Below are positions 1 through 9,057 of a stretch of DNA of 33,290 bases, one piece after another; positions within the stretch are counted from its first letter, which is position 1, and each line of letters starts with the position of its first letter. Location of the stretch: positions 1-33,290 of the forward strand of contig JAVEEJ010000323.1 in NCBI GenBank assembly GCA_030840515.1, read 5' to 3'. Both the position numbers and the translations under genes were made by a program. The DNA comes from Frankiaceae bacterium. Lineage in GTDB: Bacteria; Actinomycetota; Actinomycetes; JAVEEJ01. Below the pieces are notes generated by a model. The model did no database searches and was not told the origin of the DNA. It worked only from the letters and a program-made list of their open reading frames with translations.

Positions 1-2
1 CG

Positions 3-479
3 ACCTGGCCGCTGAACGTCGGGCAGGTCTACACGACGCTCGCCCGGCTCGAACGCGACGGCCTGGTGGCGGGTGAGCCCGGTGAGGACGCGGGTACGAC
101 GACCTATCGCATCACCCGCGCGGGCCAAGCCGAGGTGCGCTCCTGGTTCGCCACCCCGGTGACGCGGGAGAGCCGGCCGCGCGACGAGCTGGCCATCAAG
201 CTCGCGCTCGCGGTCACCTCCCCCGGCGTGGACGTGCAGGCCGTGGTGCAGGCGCAGCGCACCGACACGGTGCGGGCGCTTCAGGAGTACACCCGGCTGA
301 AGGCACGCGCCACCGAGGATGACCTGGCCTGGTTGCTCGTGCTGGACAACATGGTGTTCCAGGCCGAGGCCGAGGTGCGCTGGCTGGACCACTGCGAGAC
401 GCGCTTGGTGCGCAGCGAGAAGCAGCCTCGACCTGCCGCTGCCCCCGTGCTCTCGCGGCTGAAGGTCGGTCGGCGATGA
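3..479 (+). CDS. PadR-family transcriptional regulator, 5' end truncated by the window edge
   Basis: Frame is open from base 3 and reads TWPLNVGQVYTTLARLERDGLV...YRITRAGQAEVRSWF (PadR winged helix), then RDELAIKLALA...AEVRWLDHCE (C-terminal helical domain). Stop overlaps the next ATG (ATGA). Confidence 0.9.
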   Translation, partial: TWPLNVGQVYTTLARLERDGLVAGEPGEDAGTTTYRITRAGQAEVRSWFATPVTRESRPRDELAIKLALAVTSPGVDVQAVVQAQRTDTVRALQEYTRLKARATEDDLAWLLVLDNMVFQAEAEVRWLDHCETRLVRSEKQPRPAAAPVLSRLKVGRR

Positions 480-1195
480 ACCCGGTCCTGGAGCTGCGCA
501 ACGTGTCGCGGGTGCACGGGCAAGGCGATGCCGCCGTACACGCCCTGCGTGGTGTCTCGCTGACCGTCCAGCCCGGCGAGCTCGTCGCCGTCATGGGCCC
601 GAGCGGGTCCGGCAAGTCGACCCTGCTCACCATCGCCGGTGGGTTGGATGCCGCCACCGAGGGCGCTGTCCTGGTGGAAGGAGTCGAGCTCGGACCACTG
701 CCGGCCAAGGCTCGCGCGGCACTGCGACGGCGGGCCGTGGGATACGTCTTCCAGGATCTCAACCTCGTGCCGGCGCTGACCGCCGCGGAGAACGTCGCGC
801 TCCCCCGGGAGCTCGACGGCGTTCCCGGGCGCCAGGCCCGAGCCGACGCGCTGGCGGTTCTCGCGGAGGTCGACGTGCTCGAGCTCGCCGACCGCTTCCC
901 TGACGAGATGTCGGGTGGACAGCAGCAGCGCGTGGCGATCGCCCGCGCGTTGGTGGGCGAGCGCCGGCTGGTCCTGGCCGACGAGCCGACCGGCGCGCTC
1001 GACAGCGTGACCGGCGAGGCCGTGCTGAGGCTGCTGCGCAGCCGTTGCGACGCAGGGGCCGCCGGGGTTCTTGTCACGCACGAGGCGCGGCACGCCGGAT
1101 GGGCAGACCGGGTCGTCTTCCTTCGCGACGGCATCGTCGTCGACGAGACCGGGCCGAGCCCTCAACCGGAGCAGCTGCTCGGTAGCCGTTCATGA
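476..1195 (+). CDS. ABC transporter ATP-binding protein (LolD/MacB-like)
   Basis: Walker A GPSGSGKST, Q-loop VFQ, signature MSGGQQQRV, Walker B LADEPTGALD, H-loop VTH. Confidence 0.95.
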   Translation: MNPVLELRNVSRVHGQGDAAVHALRGVSLTVQPGELVAVMGPSGSGKSTLLTIAGGLDAATEGAVLVEGVELGPLPAKARAALRRRAVGYVFQDLNLVPALTAAENVALPRELDGVPGRQARADALAVLAEVDVLELADRFPDEMSGGQQQRVAIARALVGERRLVLADEPTGALDSVTGEAVLRLLRSRCDAGAAGVLVTHEARHAGWADRVVFLRDGIVVDETGPSPQPEQLLGSRS

Positions 1196-3795
1196 GCGCG
1201 CTACGCGCGTGCCTGCGGATCGCGAGGCGCGACGCGCGGCGAGCACCGGGCCGAAGCGCGCTGGTGCTGGCCATGATCGCGCTGCCCGTCATCGGCATGA
1301 CCAGCGCCGACATCCTGTTCCGCTCCGCGCAGCTCGATCCGAAGGAGACGGTCAGCCGCGACCTCGGGACCGCCGACGCCGTCTTGACCTCGGCCTTCGA
1401 CAGCCGGCAGACGGTGGTGCAGAACGTGGACGCCTCCAGCGTCGGCACCACGTCTGACGGGCCGAGCACCCGCCCGACCCGGCCACGCACGGCGGCGGAG
1501 CTCGCGGGCCTCGTGCCCGACGTCGAGCGCTACATCGTGGAGCACGTCACACTCACCAGCGCCATCACGCACACCGGCGGGCAGCACGAGTTCCAGTGGC
1601 ACGAGTTCCCTTACGGCGACCCGCTGGCGACGGGCACCTACCGTCAGCTCGAGGGACATGCTCCCCAGACGGCGGGCGAGGTCGCCGTCACGGAGGCCCT
1701 CGCCAAGTCGCTGGGAGTCCGTGTCGGTGAGAGCTTCCAGCTGACTTCTGGGACAACCGTCCGGGTGACGGCCATCGTGCTGGACCCCCACTCGCTGCGA
1801 GCGCAGACGGCGCTGGGGATTGCCGGCTCCGCGCCACCGGTGAAGCCCGACGCTCGGGACACGGGGCTCCCCGACCGGGTGTTTCTCCGCACCCGGACGC
1901 CGGTGACCTGGCCAGAGGTGCTCGGGCTCAACGCACACGGCGTGATCGCGGTCTCGCGCCAGGCCGTGCTCAACCCTCCCCCGAACTCCGAAGTTCCCGG
2001 GTACGACGCGGCCTACCAGCGGAGCGTGCGATTGGCCATCGCGGGCGTCATCTTGCTCATCGTCGGACTCGCGACACTCGAGGTCGTCCTCCTCGCCGGC
2101 GCCGCCTTCGCCGTGGGAGCGCGTCGGCAGGCCCGCGCCCTCGCGCTGGTGTCGGTGGCCGGCGGCGAGCCTCGCCACGTGAGAAGGATCGTGCTCGCGG
2201 CCGGCCTCCTGCTCGGGACGGCGGGGGCCGCACTCGGTGCAGTGCTCGGCACAGTTGCTGCCGCACTGGCGCGCTCCTGGTTCGAGCAGAAGCAGGGCAA
2301 GCTCCTCGGCCACTTCGACCTGCGCCCGTTGGAGATCCTGGCCGTCCTGGCGCTGGGCGCCGGAACAGGGTTGCTGGCGGCCGTCGTGCCGGCTCGGGGC
2401 GCCGCACGGTCCGATGTGGTCGCCGTACTCGCCGGCCGCGCCGGCACCCGGACCACTCCGCTTCGGATCCCCGCACTTGGTGTGGTGCTCGTAGGCGTCG
2501 GCATCTTCCTCGCCGGTGTCGGCGAGGCCGCCCAATCCGCGCTGGGGAGCGCCAAGTGGATCCTGGCCGGCACCGCGCTGGTTCAGATCGGGGCGTTGAT
2601 CCTCACCCCGGCCATCGTCGGGCTCTCCGGACGCCTCGGTCGCCGGCTGCCGCTCACCCCCCGCTTGGCTGTCCGTGACGCCGCACGCCACCGGGGCAGG
2701 ACAGCACCGGCCGTGGGAGCCGTCATGGCTGCGGTGGCCGGCAGCACGGCGCTCGCGGTCTACCTCGTGAGCGACGCTGCCCACACGAAGCGGTTCTACC
2801 TTCCGTCGACCCGGGTCGGCACGGCCTACGTGCAGTTCGCGGAGCGCCCCGACCTGCGCGCATTGCCCGAGCTGCGCGATGCGGTCGCGCGCGAGCTGCC
2901 GACTCGGTCCGCCGCGCTCGTGGGGGTGGTGGGCTGCAACTCGGCGTTCGACGACCGGTGCACCGACTACATCAGCGTGGTCGTCCCCTCCCCCACGTGT
3001 GACGCCGGCTCATCGTGCGGGTCCTCGGCGATTGCGTCGGCGCCGCTGGTCGGCGACAAGGACACCCTGCGCGCGCTGATCGGGCATCGGGATGGCCGGC
3101 TCGAGACGGCACTTGCCGCTGGCAAGGCCATCGTGTTCGTGCCCGGCGGGACAGCGCAGGGGAAGGCCACCATCGAGCGCAGTGACGCCAACGGTGAGGG
3201 CCGCCAGTCCACCGTCCCCGCCGTCGAAGCGCCCGACCTGCCGGGCGTCCAGGCCCTGTTCCCAACGGCCCTCGCAGCACGCTTCGGGGGATCCACCCCA
3301 TCGGGCATCTTCATCGACACCACCCGGATGCCCAGCCAGGGCGAGGAGGACCGCGCGCGGGCCGCGCTCGCCGGTCACAGTGCAGCGTTCCTGAACGTCG
3401 AACGCGGTCCGCAGCCGCCTCACTCAGGCATCCTGCTCGCGCTGCTGCTGGGCACGACCATCGTCACGCTGGGCGCGGCCGGTATCGCCACTGGACTCGC
3501 CGCGGCCGACGGGCGAGCCGACATGGCGACGCTGTCGGCGATCGGTGCCGCCCCGCGCACCCGGCGCCGCCTCGCGGGCGCGCAAGCCCTCACCGTTGCA
3601 GCGCTCGGCACGGTCCTCGGCGTCGCGGTCGGCTTCGTGCCGGCGATCGCCTACATCCACCGGTTGCCGGGGTACTCGATCCAGGTGCCCTGGTCGACGC
3701 TGCTGACGCTCGTGGTCGCGGTTCCGCTCAGCGCGGCGGTGCTGGCGATGGGCGTCACCAGGAGCCGACTTCCGCTGGTTCGCCGCGCCGCCTAG
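1192..3795 (+). CDS. ABC transporter permease (FtsX/MacB-like, two permease repeats)
   Basis: N-terminal IARRDARRAPGRSALVLAMIALP and internal AVRDAARHRGRTAPA repeats. FtsX-like segments ARRQARALALVSVAGG and RADMATLSAIGA. Two large extracytoplasmic domains. Translationally coupled to the ATPase gene. Confidence 0.9.
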   Translation: MSALRACLRIARRDARRAPGRSALVLAMIALPVIGMTSADILFRSAQLDPKETVSRDLGTADAVLTSAFDSRQTVVQNVDASSVGTTSDGPSTRPTRPRTAAELAGLVPDVERYIVEHVTLTSAITHTGGQHEFQWHEFPYGDPLATGTYRQLEGHAPQTAGEVAVTEALAKSLGVRVGESFQLTSGTTVRVTAIVLDPHSLRAQTALGIAGSAPPVKPDARDTGLPDRVFLRTRTPVTWPEVLGLNAHGVIAVSRQAVLNPPPNSEVPGYDAAYQRSVRLAIAGVILLIVGLATLEVVLLAGAAFAVGARRQARALALVSVAGGEPRHVRRIVLAAGLLLGTAGAALGAVLGTVAAALARSWFEQKQGKLLGHFDLRPLEILAVLALGAGTGLLAAVVPARGAARSDVVAVLAGRAGTRTTPLRIPALGVVLVGVGIFLAGVGEAAQSALGSAKWILAGTALVQIGALILTPAIVGLSGRLGRRLPLTPRLAVRDAARHRGRTAPAVGAVMAAVAGSTALAVYLVSDAAHTKRFYLPSTRVGTAYVQFAERPDLRALPELRDAVARELPTRSAALVGVVGCNSAFDDRCTDYISVVVPSPTCDAGSSCGSSAIASAPLVGDKDTLRALIGHRDGRLETALAAGKAIVFVPGGTAQGKATIERSDANGEGRQSTVPAVEAPDLPGVQALFPTALAARFGGSTPSGIFIDTTRMPSQGEEDRARAALAGHSAAFLNVERGPQPPHSGILLALLLGTTIVTLGAAGIATGLAAADGRADMATLSAIGAAPRTRRRLAGAQALTVAALGTVLGVAVGFVPAIAYIHRLPGYSIQVPWSTLLTLVVAVPLSAAVLAMGVTRSRLPLVRRAA

Positions 3796-6188
3796 TCCGC
3801 GCGGTTGCTCCCGTGACGCATCCAGGCGGCGGCGAGCAGCAGGAGCAGCAACCCTGCCAGCGGCAGCGCGGCGGGAGAGCCGGTCGTAGGCAGCCCCGGG
3901 CTGTCCACCGGCCTGGGTGCGGTTGGCACCTCGACGAGCTGGACCACATGTGTGCCCTGCGGGAGCGCGACGACGAAGCCGCGGGCGCCCGCCGAGATGA
4001 CGCCGGTGTCACGGCCGTCGACGAGCCGGTGGGCGCGCCCTGTGGTTCCGGGCAGGGTGAGCGCGAGCACGGTGCTCGTGGTGGAGCGGATGGTGAGCCG
4101 ACGACGCGGGTCGACGTAGCTGCCGGCGTCCCAGTCGCCGCGCCCGAGACGTGCCGAGGCTGAGCTGACACCGGTGGTCCGCACCGTGATCGTGCCGGCC
4201 AGGTAGTCGGCGTACTCGCTCGCCGGTGTCGTCACGAACAGCTCCCCGCGTGACCGCATGGTGGGGCCCTGCTCGTCGACCATCGTGTCGCTGTGCGTCG
4301 CCTTGGCGGCGTCGGTCGTCGGGTGATAGACCGCCATCCGCTCGACGGTGATGGTGGGCCGGGTCACGCCCGGGGCCGGCTCGACGTCACGCAACCACCA
4401 CGCCCCGTCGTAGCGCTCCCCCAGCTTCGGGTTGTCCTGGCCGACCGGTCGGGTCCAGCTCACGACCGCCGGATCGGCCGGACGCTTGTGCGCGGCGAAG
4501 AAAGCGAGCAGCCGCGGGATGGTGTCGTAGATCGAGCTGTACTCGTGGATCTTCAGCTGGTAGTCGAGCAGCGTCGCGTCATAGCCGTCCGCAGCGAGCA
4601 GCGAGTAGAGCGCCTTCGCGTTCTTCGCCTGGAAGTCGAGGTCCTCCTCCGCCGTCATCTCCAACCACGGCGTGTTACGCAGGTTCGCGTGCAGGTCCGA
4701 CGAGTCGGTGCCTTCGGCGGGCGCCACGGCGGCGAATAGGTCCGGGTGGTGCATCGCGACGTTGTTGGTGCCGTACCCGCCCATCGAGTGGCCCATCAGG
4801 TACACCCGGTCGGGGTCGACGTTGTAGCGCCGCTTCACGTCGGCGAGCACCTCGAGCACGTCGGCGTCGCCGGGTGTGCCACCCCGGTAGAACCAGTCCC
4901 CGCGACCGAGTGCGCTCGCGAACAGCCAACCCTTCGCATCGACCGCCGGCACCAGGCCCGTCGGATTGCGGAAGGGCTCCTCCGGAAGGCCGGTGAACCC
5001 GTGCAGGTAGAGCACGAGCGGTGTCTTCCTGGTCCCGTCATAGGACGCCGGCACGTGCATCGCGTAGTCCTGCAACGAGCCGTCGTAGTAGTAGTTGACG
5101 TTGAAGCCGGGGTTGGGGATCGGTGGCTGGAAGTCCGGCGGAGGACCGGTCCCGAGCGCCCCGGAGGTGTCCTGCGTAATTCCGTCCTTCTTCCCCCACT
5201 GCGAGTGCAGCAGCCGCGAGAACGTCCCTTGCTGCAGCGAGGCCGGGGACGAGTACGCCGACGCGAGCAGTGCCGGGTCGACGCTCTCGCTCGCAGCAAC
5301 CGTGCCTGCGGTGAGCTGGCGTGACTGGCTGAGCTCGTCGAAGCTCCACGGGTCGTCGGTCGCGAAGAGCAGATCCCACACGTTGGTCGGCGCAATGGGG
5401 CCCCCACTACCCGGTTGCTGGTCGGAGGCCTCACCGAGGGGGACCGTCCAGAAGGTATTGGGCGAGCTGGGGTCCGACAGGCCAGCGCCGCCCTGCAGCA
5501 CCCACGGTCTAGGCGGGAGGGCCGAGAGCGGCACCCTCGCCTCCGTGACGTGGTTGTCGGCGTGGGCGGCCATGTTGGTGACGGTTGAACCGCCGGAGTC
5601 CGGGACGGTCAGGTCCGCTCCTGTCCCCCACACGGTCAGCGCCGCGACGTAGCGGCCGGTGAGGTTGGCGCCGTGCGGCCATGGCTGCTCGTCGCTCTGC
5701 GGGTCGCCGAAGGTGAGCACGGCGACCTGCGCGTCGGACCGCGGCATCGCATTCCACAGGAAGCGCACGTAGAGGTCAGGGCCGACGACCTTGAGCCGGA
5801 CCTCGGCAAGGTCGGCCGTGCCGGCAGGCCAGCTCGCGTCGTCCATGGGGAGCTGATAGTCGCCGTTGTGCGCAGCCCGGTGCGATCCGAAGAAGTCGTA
5901 GGTCAGCGCGTTGTAGAGGTCGTCGGTGATGTGCGTCGGGTCGTTCGGCGCGACATGAAAGGCGGAGTAGTAGTCGGTGCGCTCCAGGGCGTCGGCGTTG
6001 GCGCCACGTGCCTGTCGCAGCCCGTTCGTGTAGACCCACTCGCCGTTGCTGTAGTGCCCGGTCCTGAAGGTGTCGGTCGGGACACCGCTCCACGTCGGCC
6101 AGCTGACCGGAGCGGTGCCGTGCGCACCGACAGCTGCGACGGGTCCGGTCAGCAGCAGCGTGGCACCGATCAGCAGCCGTCTGATCAC
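3792..6188 (-). CDS. Secreted, probably sortase-anchored alpha/beta hydrolase (esterase/PHB-depolymerase/S9-like) with an N-terminal DOMON-like domain
   Basis: Signal peptide MIRRLLIGATLLLTGPVAAVGA. PLVLYLHG, VDPDRVYLMGHSMGGYG nucleophile elbow and HPDLFAAVAP. C-terminus LPTTG + hydrophobic stretch + RH..R. Confidence 0.8.
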   Translation of the reverse strand: MIRRLLIGATLLLTGPVAAVGAHGTAPVSWPTWSGVPTDTFRTGHYSNGEWVYTNGLRQARGANADALERTDYYSAFHVAPNDPTHITDDLYNALTYDFFGSHRAAHNGDYQLPMDDASWPAGTADLAEVRLKVVGPDLYVRFLWNAMPRSDAQVAVLTFGDPQSDEQPWPHGANLTGRYVAALTVWGTGADLTVPDSGGSTVTNMAAHADNHVTEARVPLSALPPRPWVLQGGAGLSDPSSPNTFWTVPLGEASDQQPGSGGPIAPTNVWDLLFATDDPWSFDELSQSRQLTAGTVAASESVDPALLASAYSSPASLQQGTFSRLLHSQWGKKDGITQDTSGALGTGPPPDFQPPIPNPGFNVNYYYDGSLQDYAMHVPASYDGTRKTPLVLYLHGFTGLPEEPFRNPTGLVPAVDAKGWLFASALGRGDWFYRGGTPGDADVLEVLADVKRRYNVDPDRVYLMGHSMGGYGTNNVAMHHPDLFAAVAPAEGTDSSDLHANLRNTPWLEMTAEEDLDFQAKNAKALYSLLAADGYDATLLDYQLKIHEYSSIYDTIPRLLAFFAAHKRPADPAVVSWTRPVGQDNPKLGERYDGAWWLRDVEPAPGVTRPTITVERMAVYHPTTDAAKATHSDTMVDEQGPTMRSRGELFVTTPASEYADYLAGTITVRTTGVSSASARLGRGDWDAGSYVDPRRRLTIRSTTSTVLALTLPGTTGRAHRLVDGRDTGVISAGARGFVVALPQGTHVVQLVEVPTAPRPVDSPGLPTTGSPAALPLAGLLLLLLAAAWMRHGSNRAD

Positions 6189-6481
6189 CCCGCGCGCACC
6201 GATGCGGTCGTGCGGCGCTCCACATAGAACGACAGGAAGGGCACAGTGCCGGCGAGCATCACGCCGACCATGCGCACCAACGACCAGCGGAGCCGGCGCG
6301 CCAGGTCCAACGCCGCCACGAGGTAGACCATGTAGAGGAAACCGTGGATCGGGCCGACCACCTTGACCAGGCCGGGCGAGTCAGCCGCGTACTTCAACGG
6401 CATCGCCACGAGTACGAGCAGCAGCAGCCAGCAGCCCACGACCCACGCCATCACCCGGTAGCGGGTGAGTGCCGCGCCCAT
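6185..6481 (-). CDS. DUF3817-family small membrane protein
   Basis: LTRYRVMAWVVG...GPIHGFLYMVYL...LAGTVPFLSFYVERR is the typical pattern of this family. About three TM segments. Confidence 0.85.
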   Translation of the reverse strand: MGAALTRYRVMAWVVGCWLLLLVLVAMPLKYAADSPGLVKVVGPIHGFLYMVYLVAALDLARRLRWSLVRMVGVMLAGTVPFLSFYVERRTTASVRAG

Positions 6482-6834
6482 CAGCGCCCCTCATCGAGTG
6501 ACGCCAGGTAGGCGTTGTAGGCCGCGAGCTCAGGGTCGTCGCTGTCGTCCACATCAGCAGCGGTCACCCTGGTCTGCCCGGTGGGGAGGTCGTCGTCGTA
6601 CACGGGCGTTCGGTCGCTCGCCGGCTTCAGCTCATCGCGACAGCTGCGCCACCACAGGTAGAGCGTGAACCCGGCGAAGATCGGCCACTGGATCGCATAC
6701 CCGAGGTTCTGGACCCCGCCTGTTCCCTCGGCGCGGTGCCACTGCCACAGCCCGAGCCGCAGCTGCACGGCGATGAGCGCGAGCACCGCGAGGTGGATCA
6801 CGACCCACCGCGGCGAGGTCAGCAGCTGGCGCAC
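6481..6834 (-). CDS. Small two-TM membrane protein with SURF1-like terminal motifs
   Basis: RLGLWQWHRA and NLGYAIQWPIF motifs, acidic tail DDPELAAYNAYLASL. TACCGT -10 lies 7 nt before the GTG. Confidence 0.7.
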   Translation of the reverse strand: MRQLLTSPRWVVIHLAVLALIAVQLRLGLWQWHRAEGTGGVQNLGYAIQWPIFAGFTLYLWWRSCRDELKPASDRTPVYDDDLPTGQTRVTAADVDDSDDPELAAYNAYLASLDEGR

Positions 6835-6856
6835 AGCCGCAACGGTAACCGGCCGC

Positions 6857-8110
6857 TCATGGCGCGCTCGGGAGCGGTTCGGGGACGGCCGGTGGGGCGC
6901 TCGCCCGCTCGGCGACTTCGGCCAGCTCGGCAGTCGGCCACCACGCCGAGAGCACCGACATCACGACCAGTCCTCCGACGGCGGCCCAGGCCACGGCCGC
7001 GGCCGGGTCGAGCGCCGACGCGACGAGCCCACCACCTGCGATCGCGATCGTCTGCGTGAGCCCCAGCCCGCCGGCTGCCAGCCCGTTCGCGCGCCCGCGC
7101 ACAGCGGCGGGGACCGCGAGGTTGAAGGCGCCGATCACCGGGACCAGGTTGGCCTGGAAGGCGCCGGAGACGAACCACAGGACGACGACGACGGGCACCG
7201 GCGGGCGCAACGCGGTGAGCAGCAGGGGCACGTGGGCGAAGATCGCCAGCCGCAGCACCATCGGGAACTGGCGTGGTCCCGGGGCGATCTTGTTGAGCAC
7301 CAGCAAGCCGGTGGTGAAGCCGGCCGGGATCGCGGCGACGAGGAGCCCGGCCGCGGTGCCGCCATAGCCGGCCTCGGTCGCGTAGACCACGCCCACACCC
7401 TCGGGGACGACGCAGAACAACCCGCACGACCAGCCCAGCATCACCAGCGCGCGGGGCAGCGGCTGGCGGAAGACGATGCGGCCGCCCTCCTTGATGTCCT
7501 GGAGGAATCCGCGGATCCCCGGCGCGACCTCGACGCGCGGCGCGGGGCGTGACTGGACGGTGGCGAGTACGACGACGAAGGACACCAGGAACGTCAGCGA
7601 GTCGGCGAGCAGCGCCCCTCGCGGATGGAGCAGGGCGAGCACGACACCGCCGATGACCAGGCCGAGGGCCTGGTTCACCTGGTCGAGCAGCCGCGCCAAC
7701 GACAGGCCGGACAGGTAGGCCGGACCGGGCAGCACCTCGGGCAGCAGGGCACTGCGTGCTGCGGCGAACGGCGTCGTGAACAACGCCGCCACGAGCAGCA
7801 GCACCAGAAGGGGCGCGGTGCCGATGGGCAACGCCATGCAGCCGATGAGGACGGCTCGCACCAGGTCGCAGGTCAGCATCAGAGACCGTCTCGGCAGCCG
7901 GTCCGCATATGCGCCGAGCAGCGGGCCACCGATGACGTCGGGCAGGTAGGTGGTGGCGAACGCGAGTGACGCGAGGAAGGCGCTGTTGGTCCCCTGGTAG
8001 ACGAGGAGGGCAAGGGCGAGCCGGGCCAGCTGGTCCCCCCACTGCGAAGCCACCTGGGCGACGATCAGCCCGCGGTACTCGCGGTTGCTCAACGCCTCCC
8101 GATAACTCAC
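6857..8110 (-). CDS. MFS transporter (about 12 TM). Real start is GTG 8110, not 8311
   Basis: VSYREALSNREYRGL...SQWGDQLARLALA and motif A GAYADRLPRRSLM. GTGA overlap with the upstream hydrolase stop. Confidence 0.9.
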   Translation of the reverse strand: MSYREALSNREYRGLIVAQVASQWGDQLARLALALLVYQGTNSAFLASLAFATTYLPDVIGGPLLGAYADRLPRRSLMLTCDLVRAVLIGCMALPIGTAPLLVLLLVAALFTTPFAAARSALLPEVLPGPAYLSGLSLARLLDQVNQALGLVIGGVVLALLHPRGALLADSLTFLVSFVVVLATVQSRPAPRVEVAPGIRGFLQDIKEGGRIVFRQPLPRALVMLGWSCGLFCVVPEGVGVVYATEAGYGGTAAGLLVAAIPAGFTTGLLVLNKIAPGPRQFPMVLRLAIFAHVPLLLTALRPPVPVVVVLWFVSGAFQANLVPVIGAFNLAVPAAVRGRANGLAAGGLGLTQTIAIAGGGLVASALDPAAAVAWAAVGGLVVMSVLSAWWPTAELAEVAERASAPPAVPEPLPSAP

Positions 8111-9057
8111 GAGTCGGCTCGCAGCCGCTGCGGCGAGCGCTCTCCGCGCAGGAATGAAGCGATCGCGGGTACGACGAGCGCTGGGTTCTCCTCGACGGCG
8201 AAGTGACCCGATCCCTCCACGACGAGCAGCTCCGCGCCGAGGTCGCGTGCCACGTTCTCTCCGATGCGCAGCGGGAACGCGGGGTCGCGATCGCCCCACA
8301 CGACGAGGCACTCCTGCGGCTTGGCGCGTGCTGGCGCTATCCGCCGGCCGAGCCTGCGCCGGAGCGCGCGCTTCGGCAACGCCCTGACCCTGGGTCGCAC
8401 CGTGCCGCGGTAGTAGGCGAGCGTCGCGCTGACCCGCGCCCGGTCGTCGTACGCGTCGAGGTAGTGCTCGCGCAGCTCATCAGCGAGCTCCGCCGGACCG
8501 TGCCACGCGTGGTCGAACACCATGCCCCAGAACTGGCGGCCAGCGGTCGCGAGCATCACCTCCGGCACGACCGGAAGGGCGAACAGCGCCATGTGCCAGG
8601 CGTAGCGCAGGTCGACCTCGCGGTAGGGCGCGTTCACCACGACGAGCCGCTCGACGAGGTCCGGTCTGGCGGCCGTCAACGCGATCGCCAGCGCACCGCC
8701 CCAGTCGTGCCCGACGACGTCCACCGGTCCGGCGTACTCGCCCTCCACCAAGGCGGCCAGCTCAGCAACCAGCGTGGGGATGTCGTAGGGGCCTTGCACC
8801 TGCGACTGGCCCATGCCCTTGAGGTCGGGGGCCAGCACAGCCCGGTCGCGGGCCAGCTCGGGCATGAGGTCGCGCCAGACCAGCGCCGTCTGCGGGACAC
8901 CGTGCAGCAGCAGGGCAGGACGCGCGGTCGGCCGGGCAGGACCGCTCGCGCGCAGCACCGAGAACCGCACCCCGGCGGCGGTGAGGTCCTCGCGACCAAC
9001 GCCGGGCGGCAGGTCAGGCTCGCGTCGCGCAGTCGCCCGCTGCGCTGGTGAGGTCAT
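8107..9057 (-). CDS. Alpha/beta hydrolase, epoxide hydrolase/dehalogenase-like. Start ATG 9057
   Basis: LLLHGVPQ, APDLKGMGQS, VVGHDWGG (Asp nucleophile), VVWGDRD and GSGHF. ATGA overlap with the glnE stop. Confidence 0.88.
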   Translation of the reverse strand: MTSPAQRATARREPDLPPGVGREDLTAAGVRFSVLRASGPARPTARPALLLHGVPQTALVWRDLMPELARDRAVLAPDLKGMGQSQVQGPYDIPTLVAELAALVEGEYAGPVDVVGHDWGGALAIALTAARPDLVERLVVVNAPYREVDLRYAWHMALFALPVVPEVMLATAGRQFWGMVFDHAWHGPAELADELREHYLDAYDDRARVSATLAYYRGTVRPRVRALPKRALRRRLGRRIAPARAKPQECLVVWGDRDPAFPLRIGENVARDLGAELLVVEGSGHFAVEENPALVVPAIASFLRGERSPQRLRADS

